A stretch of 63,367 nt of DNA, filler included, from Sphacelaria rigidula (GCA_964200075.2; 9 parts of 9 records of this genome joined end to end with filler, not necessarily neighbours in it), one strand, 5' to 3'. Positions 37,093-49,907 are shown, numbered from the whole stretch's first letter. Numbers and translations are program-made. The notes: generated from the sequence alone by a model not told the origin.

Positions 37093-37238
37093 AATGGGGG
37101 GTTGGAGCCGTTCTCCAACAGGAGACACGCGCTGATCCAGGTGTGCGGGGAAAAAGTAGTGCTGCGACACTACCTGGACTTTGCGGAAACGGTGCTGGCG
37201 TGCCTTGCCGCGGTAGAGGTGTCCGACATGGCTAGCAG
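37093..37238 (+). CDS. Internal exon of a SET-domain protein (SETD3/Rubisco-LSMT substrate-binding region)
   Basis: Polypyrimidine-CGCAG acceptor and CAG|GTAC donor; NGGLEPFSNRRHALIQVCGEKVVLRHYLDFAETVL matches the R..A...R.GEK.VL pattern. Confidence 0.65.
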
Positions 37239-37959
37239 GTACAATCTATATCTCCGTCATTTTGTGGTGTTTACGTTCGATGCTGTACAAGCTGGGTCGC
37301 TTAAGAAGCGGAGTTTCCTTCAGCCGGTTGTAACTGACGATCTATTGCGAGCTGTGCCTACTATCACACATCGCGATAATCTGCAAATCAACGCGCGTCT
37401 TCCGCTCCACATAGCACTGCGATCTGACAAGTTTCCATCAAATGAAATACCAAACTGTAGTCAGCTGCGAAGTGTGGAGAGTTGAGGGTGTCATGTGCGG
37501 CGGAATTAGGGGGGAAAACGGCTGAATTCGCATTTACGGTTACAGTCGGTTGTGCCGCGGCCGCAAATTGGTGGTGCCGCACTAGTTGTGGTTGTATAAC
37601 AATTCATGTCGTACGCGCGCAGGGTCTGGGATGGCACGCAGACGAGACCTCCAGCGCCCCAAGGCGTTGGGCTTGTAGAAAACGTCGAAAATCTGGCTGA
37701 GTTGGTTGTACTCTAAAAGCAAGTGAACCAGTTCTCGACAGAAAAACGCGATTTCTCTGCTCAATTTGGAGTCGTTTTCCATGAAATTTTGACACGATAT
37801 ACATGAGGTATATGTGAAGCCCCTACCGCTTCCCCCTCTTCAATTTCTTTTTCTTCCTCGTGAGTTATTGGTGTTCTGAATTTCGAAACATTTTTTTCGG
37901 TACAAAGGCGTCGACAACTCGTTGAAAAAACAAGATGTCCCGGGGGGACAAAAGAGAAT

Positions 37960-38100
37960 TCACAACTTTTTTGTTCACTCACATACATCCTCATGCTTTC
38001 AACGACATTAGAAACCCAAACTCATCTGGCGGAAATCGAACCCCGCGTTATGTCCACACTAACGGTCTCAGTTGGACCATTAGAACACCGGGGCGCGGCG
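37960..38100 (-). mobile_element. tRNA-derived SINE
   Basis: Minus strand CGCCCCGGTGTTCTAATGG...GGTTCGATTTCC...GTTGAAAGC; homolog of 62560-62815. Confidence 0.65.
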
Positions 38101-38301
38101 ATGCTGACAACATGAAAATTGTGTTCAGGGCATATTCGAATATTTACATACCCTTGACAAAATTATATGGCGACAATAATTACGACAGGCCCACGCGCTA
38201 CCCGGTACATTTTTTGTCTGTTGCATTTATTGACCCTTTAAAATTGTCCAGGGGGTGAAATTTTCCAGGGTTCCTTGCGTTACAAGTCACAAGTTGTGCC
38301 G

Positions 38302-38351
38302 GGCTAGTACTACGGTGGGGGACCACGTAAGCCCCCACCGTAGTACTAGCC
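38302..38351. repeat. Perfect 20-bp stem hairpin with 10-nt loop
   Basis: GGCTAGTACTACGGTGGGGG-ACCACGTAAG-CCCCCACCGTAGTACTAGCC. Confidence 0.95.
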
Positions 38352-40314
38352 AGGCCCGACGCTTAATTCGGTTTGATTTGACTTTACAGAGGGCTCCGTG
38401 TGTAAGGATTTTTTACGTGTAACGTTACGTTGTGACGTGTAACGTCAAGAGCCCTGAAAGTTTCGGCGCTTGGTCTGACGGTCATCGCTAGTGTGGGTGT
38501 ACTCAACATGAGTACTACATGACGCACGAATTGCTTGGCTGTGTTTCCAGCGTAGATACCCCCTCTAGCGCTGGAAGCCAAAAACGCGCAAGTACACACG
38601 TTGCGTAATATTTTACGCTTGGTTTCCTCGGGCTCGCGGTGATTCATTGCTTCTTTTTTTTCCCCAGTTTTCTTCGTCTATTTTTTAGACTCCTCCTTTT
38701 CTTCTTTTCACCGGTATGGCTCGAGTCACGCTCTTCCGCATACTCCCAATGTAACTGGTATCATTGCTCGAGTACGACCAAAGTTTACGCGTGGCACGTG
38801 TGGAACATGACCATCATTGCCAATCACTTGAGCAATCGAGTCCGAGCACTGCTGTATGAATCAAACCCGCCAGATCCCACCCAACAATTTTTTCCTATTA
38901 TATAAGTTGCAGTTGGTCTTTCTGAGCTCCTGTGGCTTGATGTTTAAAATGAAAACCATTTTTTCTAAAAGCCCGGCGCCTTGCATACATGAAGAATGTA
39001 TTTGATGCTTTTGTTTTTTTCGCCTCCTCTGATGCATGAATCTGCTGCACTCATTCGCCACCACCTCTACTTTATTATTTTTCGAGGCACTTTATCTCTG
39101 ACCCGCCCACCCCTTGGGTGTCAGATAGTACGGTTGACCCCCAGCTGAACTACCGGAGATGATGTTGGAAACAGCTGCTCTGGTGGCTGAAATAGCAGAT
39201 GTATGAGTCAGGGATCATGGACCGCAAGAAGCACGCAGTATATATTGTAGTTAGACTTGACGGTCAACGAGGGAAGGGGACTGCCGAACCCCTCTCGCAA
39301 TATAAAATAAAGGCGAGCACCGCGGAAGGAAGGTGGGGTACTAAAAACGAATAAAAAAGAAAAAGGTCCTGTGTTGACCTTCCTCCTGTGTGATCCCGGC
39401 TGGTGCGACCACATATACCGAAAGGTGTAGACTGGCGTCCAGAAAAGAAGGGATGACAACACACACAATTAGTGGTAATGCTTGTGAATAGAGAGAAGCT
39501 GCTCGGCTATCACGTCCGGGTCACCGGCGTTGGAGGTCGGCGAGTGATACTGTTCGAGAAGAGGCCTGGCGCCCCCCCAAGGATTGAATGTGACAAGCAT
39601 CGCACACTGTTGGACATCTCTGACGACGTGATGAGACGCGGGTAGCCGGTATCAATCCGGCATGATGATGACCCTTTATTGTGCTGTCCCCGTTCCTTCT
39701 TTCTGTTCTAAAATCCCGCAAACTCATCTCATCTTCTTTTGTCCGTCGGCTGTTTCTGTGGTCATGGTCCGTGCCACCGGACGGATCAATGATTTTTTTT
39801 TTGCTCGGGTTGAAATCTACCTTCGAACCGTCATCCCCGTCAGTTATCGAGGCAAACACAAGCTGATACAGGATCACTGTGCGGGGCATATCCAGAGCAT
39901 TTGGGAACAAGATCGGGCAAAGGTGAGTTGAACATGTCGGAACATGGTTCGGGATGAGGGTGCCTCTCGAAAGAACACATGGTTGAGCGTGCCTTGACCT
40001 GCTCGAGCGCCAGCATCGACCCGACGCAGATGACTGGAAGTGATCTGCAACAGTCACTTTGGTGAATGACCAATAGTACACGAGCAAGGGGTTGGGGACC
40101 GCGGAATACACCGTAGGTTCAACGAGGATTATGCTTGCGAAGAGAGAGGAGGTGCTCAGGAATATCGGCGGGGTTTTCCGGCCGTGGACGTTAGCGGGAT
40201 ATATTGTTCCGAAAAGAGGCCTGACGCCGAAGAGGTTTAAAACGGACCTGTGGCAAGGTATCTATTTCGTAGGGTAGCGTGTGCATCACCCCCCCCCACC
40301 TTCCCCCTCTCTTG

Positions 40315-40585
40315 CGGCAAGCATGATGATCGTCAAGCTAGATCATATTATGCGAGGTAGGAGAACCCGAACTCCGCGGAATGGGGATGATCGTGCTACG
40401 TAGTGTTTATATCGTGAGTTCCCCATGATGCAGTGTATAAGCCGTGGCTGTCTCTAGAAGTGGCGATACCAGAAATTGTAGCTATTCGTTGCAGATTGTC
40501 GTCCATGTGTAAGATAATGAGTAGGCGTCGGGCCGCACAATCTTAGCAGGATGCAGCACATCCTTCATGCGATATGCCGAACACA
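40315..40585 (+). mobile_element. SINE-like family B body, interrupted at ~40586 by the repeat also seen at 2073
   Basis: Colinear with ~43490-43750; starts after C-rich tract at 40288-40310. Confidence 0.65.
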
Positions 40586-41630
40586 CTACAGGCTGGTTCA
40601 CGCTCATCACCCAAAATTGTGTCATCAGCAAATGCCTTTCGCTATACCTACCCAATAGTCGCATACATGATATCATACTGACCGCCATGGATAGCTCAAG
40701 AGCGTGACATAGCCGGATTTGAGTGTAAGGCCTTAGTGGTAGCGCGAAGGGCGACAAGGTATATCGACCAATCAGCGCCCGTCAAGTTGTTCCCAGATCG
40801 AAATTATGAATTCCAAGTCCGATTTTCACCCAATCTCCACATGCTTCAAATCGCGGTAATCATCATCGGCTCGGGAATATAACGAAAAAAACATGTATTA
40901 AAACGATCACTCCGGGGGTCGAATTATACCCCGTTTCGGTAATGTCAGGTGTTGGCGTCTAATTTCCACCAATGATACGCACGAAAGACTCAGGGAGCCT
41001 CGTAACGGTGTCCCCTATATATGTTGTAGAAAATCTCGGATCGCCCTCAAACTTGACAGTTCCGTGGGTGTTGATGCTCCAAATAAAAAAAAATGTGTTC
41101 TTGACAATATCTCATAGTTTCTCCCTTCTCCACCAACTTCCGGGGGTCCCAGTATGAAGACCCCCGACAGGCTGTACAGAATGCCCTGAAAGAATAGTAA
41201 TAAGATGATGCGTCCTGAGATCGTTCAAGGAACACATGTACGAAGTTTGGTGGATAAACTCGAAAACCTCATACAGTTTTTCTCGCCTTGATGTAAAATT
41301 CACCCCAATAGACGTTTCCATACTAAAACGAAGTAGTTAGGAGTTGCACGTTTCAAGCCCAAGCCCTTGACAAACGCGCGGACCTTCACGGCGTTATTAG
41401 GAGTTAGATCCCGAAACTTTGCACAAATCTGCTATGTATCATTACGTAACGTTTTACGGACAGCTCATGAGCAACCTAAGGTAAGAAATCGAAAGGGTCT
41501 CTCAGATCCCTTGTTCAAGAATACCTGGTGAGAGACAACAGGGACCCGAGAAGCCATAGCGCCACCTTTATTTTGGCCCCTCCACGTGCTCGGCGCCCAG
41601 TGCTGTATGAAGCAAATATGAGGGGAGTTA

Positions 41631-41705
41631 GGGGAGGGGGGGGCGTACTCATTTGTTGCTTGCCTTAGTCGTTTGACCACTGACCACGCATCCCTTTCGA
41701 GACGG
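41631..41705 (-). mobile_element. LINE family A 3' end
   Basis: G tract then CGTACTCATTTGTTGCTTGCCTTAGTCGTTTGACC; G-rich sequence also on the other side. Confidence 0.75.
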
Positions 41706-42213
41706 AAAGGGGGGCGAAAGAGCTAGCTCATGAGCTGTCTGAGGTGTACACAGTGTTCCACGAGTCGTGCCGTAATCATTGGCTCATCTTAACCACCCTA
41801 AGAATAGCGAGTCCCTTGTGTACCTACCTGCAACACCGTTACACCAGTATCCTAGGGTTATGAGCCGCCGGGTCACTGAAATCCACGGCGTTGTCTCAAA
41901 AGACTCGATGAAGGCGTCGGTGGGACAGACCAGTGCACGTCTGGCCCAACCGTGGTGAAAGCCGACACTGGAACATGACGGAACCGAAACCTGTCGGGGT
42001 GAACTCCCCGCCTTCAAGATGTACAGACTGTTGGTATTTTCCGGTGAATAACCGCAAAGTGTCTTCAGTTGCGCTTCGTATTCGATTGACAAAGCAGGGA
42101 TGAAATAGTATCGAGCATGCGTCTTTTTTTAAGGCGATGTGTAGTTGAACGTTTTGTTCTTCAACGTAAAAATCAATGAATGTCCCGCTTCCCCCCCCCC
42201 CCCTCCGCCGCTT

Positions 42214-42313
42214 NNNNNNNNNNNNNNNNNNNNNNNNNNNNNNNNNNNNNNNNNNNNTTAATTAATTAANNNNNNNNNNNNNNNNNNNNNNNNNNNNNNN
42301 NNNNNNNNNNNNN
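42214..42313. other. Artificial contig linker
   Basis: N44-TTAATTAATTAA-N44. Confidence 0.98.
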
Positions 42314-43885
42314 GGGGGAAATGCGGGACGTGAACGAAAGTGGCATGAAATCGTTTTACCCATTAGACAGTAGGGAGAAAACGATGGCTATACTAGGAGA
42401 TACATGGTGGCCAGAGACGGCGAAACAGGACGGGGATAAGATATGTGCAAAAGGTGTTTGTGAAACGTATGGAAGAAACGTAATGAGCGCCGGAATTTTG
42501 AAGATGTCTCTATTAGGTGTAGGAACGGTGCTCCGTCTCGAAAGGGATGCGTGGTCAATGGTCAAACGACTAAGGCAAGCAACGAATGAATGCGCGCCCC
42601 TCCCCACCCCCTCTCCACTCTTGAAGGGTTAGCGTCGGTTGGCATCGACGCTGTAAAACACACCACTCACTGCGAAAGCAAGACAACCAAGCTACCGTTT
42701 TCTTCTCACTTGCGTACGTGATCCCCGCGCAAAGGGGATTATCATACTACGAGTACGTAATATACAATTGGTGAAGCCCAAGAGGCAGCTCAACCCATGA
42801 CTATCCCGGGGGATACCAGAATATGAAGCAACGCATTCGAGGCTGTTATCCATTCGCAAGATGATCAGTACGCTTCAGGCCGGACGATCTTGGTAAGATG
42901 CAGGTTACCCCTTGTGCGACTCGCCGAACATGTGACGGCATTTCGGGCTTGGTGATTGCGACCCTGATCCGGCGAAAACCCGGCGTGCTCACTCCCGGCT
43001 GCGTAGGGATGCGAGGTCAACGGTCTCATCACAATGGCGTGCAATGATGAGTTCACTTCCCGCCCCCACCCCCATATGGTGGGACACGCGAGGAAGTGCG
43101 GCACCCGTGGCTGTCTCTGGAAGTGGCGATGCCAGAAAATGAAGCAGCTCATTTTAGGCTGTCATCCATATGCAAAGCTGTCACTACGCTTCGGGCCGAA
43201 CGATCTTAGCAGGATGCAATTCACCCTATGTGCGTCTCGCCAAACACATAGCGGAGCTTCGCGCTGGGTGATTTATTGCGGGCGCGGTTCGGCGAAACTC
43301 GGCGTGCTCCATCCCCGCTTTTTAGGAATGCGAGGTCAATGATCATATTCTACGGCATATAAGATCATGAGTACCCCACCCCCCCTCCCCCGCCCCCCCT
43401 GGTAATGGCGCTGTAAAGCAAGCCACTCACTGCGTCAGCTAGGCCGCCAGGTTACCGTTTTTGTTTGCACTTGCGTTTTTTGCGGTAACCATGATGGTGG
43501 TCGAGCCAGATCATATTGTGCGGGGTGGGAGGCCCTCAACCCGCTCGCGCGGATGATCATACACCGTAGAGTTTGAATGATGAGACACCCATGAGGTAGC
43601 GTGTAACCCGTAGCTGTCTCTGGACGTGGCGACACCAGAAAATGAGGCAACTCATTGTAGGTTGTCATCCACATGCAAGATAATAAGTACGCTTCGGACC
43701 GAACAATCTTAGCAGGATGGAGCTCACCCTTCATTCGACTCGCCGAACACGTCACGAAGCTTCGCGCTTGGCGATTGATTGCGAGCCTGGTCCGGCGAAA
43801 ACGCGGCGTGCTCCGTCCCAGATTTGTAGGGATACGGGGTAAATGGTCTTATGACTACGGCATGCAAGATCATGAGTGCCCCCTC
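42314..43885 (+). mobile_element. Head-to-tail array: LINE A 3' end (42314-42600) then three family B copies (~42630-43057, ~43075-43375, ~43401-43880)
   Basis: Each unit ends in an ATGAGT-type terminus followed by a C-rich tract, and the next unit starts right after it. Confidence 0.78.
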
Positions 43886-45134
43886 ATCGTGGGGTTGTAT
43901 GGTGGAGTGGTGTGTTTCACTTCACATCTGATGCCATTTAGTGGAGGATATCGGGAATATCAGAGTATCCGACGGAGGTTATTGGGTGAGATATATCGCT
44001 CAGCTGTGGAGGCGTTAGTACCTACCTACAGGCGAATCACTGAAGGGAAGGACAAAGCCCAAGAAGATCAACAGTGCCGTGAGCCGGCGGAAGCAGCTAG
44101 GGGAGGCATGCGCTAGTAGGAGGCTGAGTGGCTTCGAACCAGCAGTGACCCCTTTTGATATTGTTCGGAGATCGGTGTGGTTCGTGACCGAAAGGCAGGA
44201 GAGGTGGTATGGGAGTGGGCGTTCGTCAAGACTTGGCCGCATTCAACTGGCAGACAATGTTTATTGTGTATTGTCTTGGTTTAGGTATTCTTCTGGTGTG
44301 AGCGGTGTGTTAGCTGGCGAAGAAGAAATGGTGGGTGCTTGAACGTCCGTGACTCGGGCACATAGGCTGATATCAATGACGGTAATCCCAGAGGAGAACA
44401 AGCCACGAGCTTTGCACCTGCGAAACATTTGACTGTAGCTGGGAGGTCACCGAGCCTGAATTCCTGGTTAAAGCTAATCAACTATGCTCACGCTCTGCCA
44501 TGAACAACGTTGATGTAGGATACAGTGCAGTACAAATAGCATGCACTATGTTGCAATTGCGAAGGATTTGGTAACCAATCAGAGGAATAATGTCTAATGA
44601 CGTACGCTATGCGAGTACAGTCAAGTGTGCAGTACAAGCAACCTGGTTGCCCATCGCCCACTTCGATCAGTCCATCTTGGTTCTTGGTTCGGGTGCCAAC
44701 TGCCTGCCTTGCTCTGGGGGTTGAAATCAGTGTCCGCGATGAGTCTGTGAGGGTGATACTGAAGTGAGGGATGTTGAGCGTGTGTTGTTGTGTGACTGAG
44801 GTTGATTGGAGTGTGCGAGAGCAAACAGGGTGAAGTAACATGATACAAACGCGTTTTAGAACCATCTATAACTACTGCTGACTGCTGTTCTCGCCCTTGA
44901 GTTGTGTGAACGCTTACCCCTCATCAGAGCGGTCGATTACACTAGCGCAAGAGTTACCGCCGGTGCAGAAGGGTTTGAGATTGGAGAGAGTTTGAGCAAG
45001 AGGAGAGTTGGAGTCGAAGTGAGAGAGTTTGAGCAAGAGCAGAGTTTAAGTCGAGGAGTATTTGAGAGAGAGGTGTGAAGGTCTTGAGGTTTGAGTACAG
45101 GTTGAGCAGGTTGACAATTTGACTAGGTTTTAAA

Positions 45135-48100
45135 ATGGAAGAGTATCATCACCCCACTATGGAAGGGCAAGTGAGATTTCTGACTGAACAAATGAACAGA
45201 ATGAAACAGACAATGAACAGTACACCGGTGATGCCTGCTAGTACAGCACAGCAAGCACCGTTTCATAACCCCAATTCCCACCGTGTGCGCAGCAACAAAA
45301 ACATTCCACCTTGGGATGAAGAAGCTGCCACATCTACCAATTTCAGGGATAGGTTCAAGGTGTTCAACATCCAGATGTGTGCCTATTTCAAGGATGAGAA
45401 ACGCTATGACGCTTTGCTAGTTGAAAACCCCATCAGGGTACACCGTGAGAATGAGGAGGATTTGCGAGCAAGTTTTGGAAACGAAACAGTCGACAAAGCC
45501 AAAAGGGCTATGAGGATAATACTCGATAAAGTAAGCTTTTGCACCTTTGGTAACGCATGTCGATATGCTTGCAAACTCAAGTCAAGCATAGAATTACTTC
45601 GTTCAGTACTACAGGATTCCAGAAGCTACAGAAAAAGCCAAGTTGGAACACGACTGACAAACGTTGCAGATGGCTGACGATGAATTGCCAATTAACTTTC
45701 TCTCGCGGGCCCACGTCACTTTCTACGATAGCCCCCTCCCCACAAGTGCATGGTTTTGGGAGGCAAAATCTTCACGTAAATCGAAATGGGAAAAGCCGAG
45801 CACAACGAGAAGCTGAAAACTCCCACGCCTGGGTTCNNNNNNNNGAACATCAGGCGCTCTATGGCCATTTCTTTCGTGACACTTTAAGCTGGTTTTGGGG
45901 GGGGGGGCTATCGTAGAAAGTATCCCACTTTATTCGTGAGAAGCGCCAAGAATTCGATGTGGTTCTCTCGGACTGTGAAGCAAACAGGCATATTGTTCGA
46001 TGCATTTCATAAGAGTAGGAGCACGAGCGCAGGAATTTACTAGCACTACGAGAGATAAGCGTAGATGAGGTAACCAGCCAGCTAGGAAATGCGTATGCAG
46101 AAGCGCAATTGTTGAAAGAAAGGCAGAAAATAACCTTGAACCATGCACGTTCCGCCTCTAGTACTGGTGGAAGGGGCCATGGATCACCTGGCGGATGGCA
46201 GAACAGGGGGAATCGCAGATCCCACAATCCGCAAAATCAACAAAACAACCACATCCCTCCAAACCCACACCAATCCATTTTCCATACCAACCATGGTTCA
46301 CAGCAACACAACAAACAGCAGTGGTCATGGTGGTCGAGGGGGATTCCCCGAGACCACAGCCATGGCGACCACACAGTCCGTGGAATCATTTGGAACCAGG
46401 CCGTGGTCGGATACACCAACCTAGTCAACGAACCTACCAAATTCGTTGCCCTTTTCATTGTCTCAACTGCACTCCTTGTCAGTACCACGCGCAGCATCAC
46501 AAAGCCCAGCAACCCCCAATTCCCCAGCACCGCCAACCAACATACACGGGCCAAACACGCCACCGACAACAATCCAACCACACAGCCAATCACATCCCAT
46601 CACAATCCCATTACCCGCATCCTCAACACCAAATCCACAACCATCAACCACAAGCCAACACCGTCCAGCAGACTGATCCCCCGTACCAGAACCATGAGAG
46701 CGTTGAAAACGTTGTCAACGGGGACGATGCTTTCAACGATGCCGGTTACGCCCACACAGTACAATACCACACCTCCCAACATCAACTGCAGTCGCAGCCT
46801 ACCACAATCACGGAACACCTCCCCCACTACACTCCACCTCCATCATCCAGTCACCATCCCTCACAGTTTTCAGAACACAACCAATCCCAATACTATTCCT
46901 CGTCAACCGCACCACAGACCTATTACCCATCACAACTTCAACCGCCAGACCACTCCCACCGTGATCCTTTCTCCGCCGCACCACAGACCCATCACCCATC
47001 ACAATTTCCACCCCCAGACCACTCCCACCATGATCCTTCCTCCCCTCCACCACCACCACCGCACTCGTCACTCTACCACGAGCCATCCGACCGATATTCC
47101 CATTCGGTAAACTCCCACCAAACCTCAACTGCCAATCTGCCGCTTGCTGATAACCGTGGTAATAGTGTGCACATGGCGCTTTCTGCCGTGCCAGAGGAAT
47201 CAGTTTTCAGTTTAGGTGAACCCGACATTAGCAGTAAAGTCATCTTGCATCGATCCAGATCTGTGCCCGACCCTGATGCAGAGATATGGATAGCTAATTC
47301 AGGCGCATCACACCATACCACTGGGGACATGACTCATGTTTTTGATACTCACCCTCCTCCGCCGGGGAACGAGAGTGTTATTCTGGGTGATGGTACGGTA
47401 CTACCGGTTAAGGCTGTAGAAGTCTCAAGCTGAGACTTTATCAAGCACGTGCAAACAACTCCCCCCCATGTCGATGCAGTGTGTGTATTGCTGACGGATG
47501 TGTATATTTTGGATGGAATTTAGTTCAATCTCTTCTCCATTCACAAGGCCCAAAAGAGCCAACGAGTCATCTGTGATAAAGAAGGTGTGCATTTATTCGA
47601 TGGCAGATTGCGGTTTGACTGCACTAAGCGCTCATGATCACAATTTGCCCCACGCCTCTCGTGTACCCACGGACAGATGCCCGTGGTCACGCCTGTTGTT
47701 GCGGCCAGAAAAGACACGGTTCCTATTTCCACTCCACAACAAGCAAGTGTCACTGAGATTCCCCCGATTTTTGATTCCGGATCCCGAGGAGGTAGTGTTC
47801 GTAAGACCACCCCGAGTTCTGTCCCTGTCCCCCTGCAGAAGAGTGTCACAAGTGTTTCGTCGAATTCTGTTCCTGCCCCCCCGCAGAAGAATGTCACGAG
47901 TGTTCCCTCGAGTTCTGTTCCTGTCCCCCCGCAGACGAGTGCTACAAGTGTTCCCCCCCGCCTACCCACGATTGATGGTACTTCTACTGTTGCTTCAGGG
48001 CTGTATGTTGTTCCCGGGCTACCGAAATGCGACCTCAGCATGTTTTTTGATCAGCAGCTACTGTTGGGAATAGACGGTACTTCCCCTATAATGCCCCCCC

Positions 48101-49070
48101 CCTTTTTTGAGTCTTGAAGAGTTGAGTGAAGGGGAGAGAGTATACATGGTTTTTGCAGTACTGGCACCCAGTCGAGGACCCTTCACGGTCGGCAAACTAC
48201 GAAGCCGAGTGGACGTCGGTTTTTTCCATGCCTCCCTCTACCACGCGAACGAGACTATCCTTCGAGCTACTGCCGCACAACGGGGTATCATCCTCACCGG
48301 ACGACTGGAACCGTGCAAAGGATGCTTCGAGAGTAAGGGACGACGGGCAGGTATTCCGCATGTGGGCTTACGTGCTTTGACGGTGCTCGACATCGTGCAC
48401 CTCGACTTGACCGGACCTCATACACGTACTCTGGGAGGGTCCATGTACATGTTAGCCTGCGTCGACAGTAAATCTCGTTTGATTATGCTGTACGGGCTAG
48501 CACGGAAGGCGGGTGACTTGGCGATGGTGAAACGCTACCTCGCTGATATCAACCGCTTCGGTATCCCGCGCTGCTTCCGCATCGACAACGGTGGTGAGTT
48601 TCTCTCCCAAGCCTTCATCGACTTCTGTTATAACGCCCGTATCCGCCGCGAGACCACCGCGCCTGATACTCCCAAGCAGAACGCGGTCACCGAAAGATCA
48701 ATCTGGCGCATAATGAAGGCCGGGCACGCCGCGCGCTGCGAGGCATCACGACTGTTCCCCGACATCGATTTGCCGAGGTTCCACACCTTGGCGGCAGCCT
48801 GAATCTTCTATGGCTAGAGGCCGCCGTCTGGGATGGTTTCAACCGCTCCGCAACTACGGCCAACCCCGGCAAGCTTCCTCCATACCAAGTCTTCACGGCC
48901 GACAGCCACCTCTCCAAAACGTACCTTTTCTACAGCCCGGTATGATGCGCGTCACCCGAAGATCGAAGAAGGACGTCCAAGCTGTGCGCTGCTTCTACCT
49001 CAACAATGGCAGCAACCATTCCTCAACAACAATCAAGGTTCTCAAGGCCGACATAGGTGCTGTTTATTCC
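45135..49070 (+). mobile_element. Second Copia family, degraded gag-PR-IN, 3'-truncated
   Basis: Gag from MEEYHH; protease WIANSGASHH (~47285); FHASLYH...CKGC; integrase VHLDLTGP / RIDNGGEF / QNAVTER (48107-48802); multiple frameshifts; LTR not delimited (possibly within 43890-45000). Confidence 0.85.
45715..45924. mobile_element. MITE inserted in Copia gag, 4-bp TSD CCAC
   Basis: TIR CACTTTCTACGATAGCCCCC / GGGGGCTATCGTAGAAAGT; removal restores frame FLSRAH-FIREK; homolog at 57409-57668. Confidence 0.8.
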
Positions 49071-49265
49071 TTGGCTCAGGCACAGGGTAATGGTTTCAGA
49101 TCGTTTATTGAAAAACACCCAAGTTCTACTCTAACTTGGGAGAGTGCTGATGTGATGGAGGTAGATGAAATGAGAATGAACAAGGGGGGCGGGCGGCCCC
49201 GCTGCTCTCAACTGTACTGTACCACATTTGCACACACTTGACTGTCGGTACTTGTACGTCACCCC

Positions 49266-49365
49266 NNNNNNNNNNNNNNNNNNNNNNNNNNNNNNNNNNN
49301 NNNNNNNNNTTAATTAATTAANNNNNNNNNNNNNNNNNNNNNNNNNNNNNNNNNNNNNNNNNNNN
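49266..49365. other. Artificial contig linker
   Basis: N44-TTAATTAATTAA-N44. Confidence 0.98.
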
Positions 49366-49530
49366 CGGGACGGAGCACGCCGGGTTCTCGCCGGACCAGG
49401 CTGTCTCACCATGGGGGGGGGGAGGGTACTCATGATCATGCATGCCATAGTCAGGGTGTGTGTGTGTAAAGATTTGTTGCTTGCCTTGGTCGTTTGACCA
49501 TTGACCACGCATCCCGTGCGAGACGGACAA
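49366..49530 (-). mobile_element. Stacked family A and family B 3' fragments
   Basis: Reverse complements of both termini separated by G/GT tracts. Confidence 0.7.
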
Positions 49531-49870
49531 GATTGGGGGGGCGGGGGCGGTTACTGGCGAGAAAACGAAATAACTCGAAAGAGTCCTGAGGACTTCCTGC
49601 ACGTTCGACAAATATCTTGCGCGAGCCCTGCTGTAACTTTGTAAGCTCTCCCACACGACATGGTGAACTGGATCCTGGTTCATCATGCCACCCTCGTACG
49701 GTACCTACTCTGTATCATGTAAGGGGGACGGGGGGGCGGGGGGGGGGGGGGAAGGGGGGCCGCTGGGCCGACCTCAGGGGGAAAGGAGACACGCGGAAAA
49801 AAACANNNNNNNNNNGCTGGTGGGTCGGGGGCGGGGTCTGGCTGTCGGCGTCCGCCGCCCCGTGGGCGGC

Positions 49871-49907
<37 letters not shown>

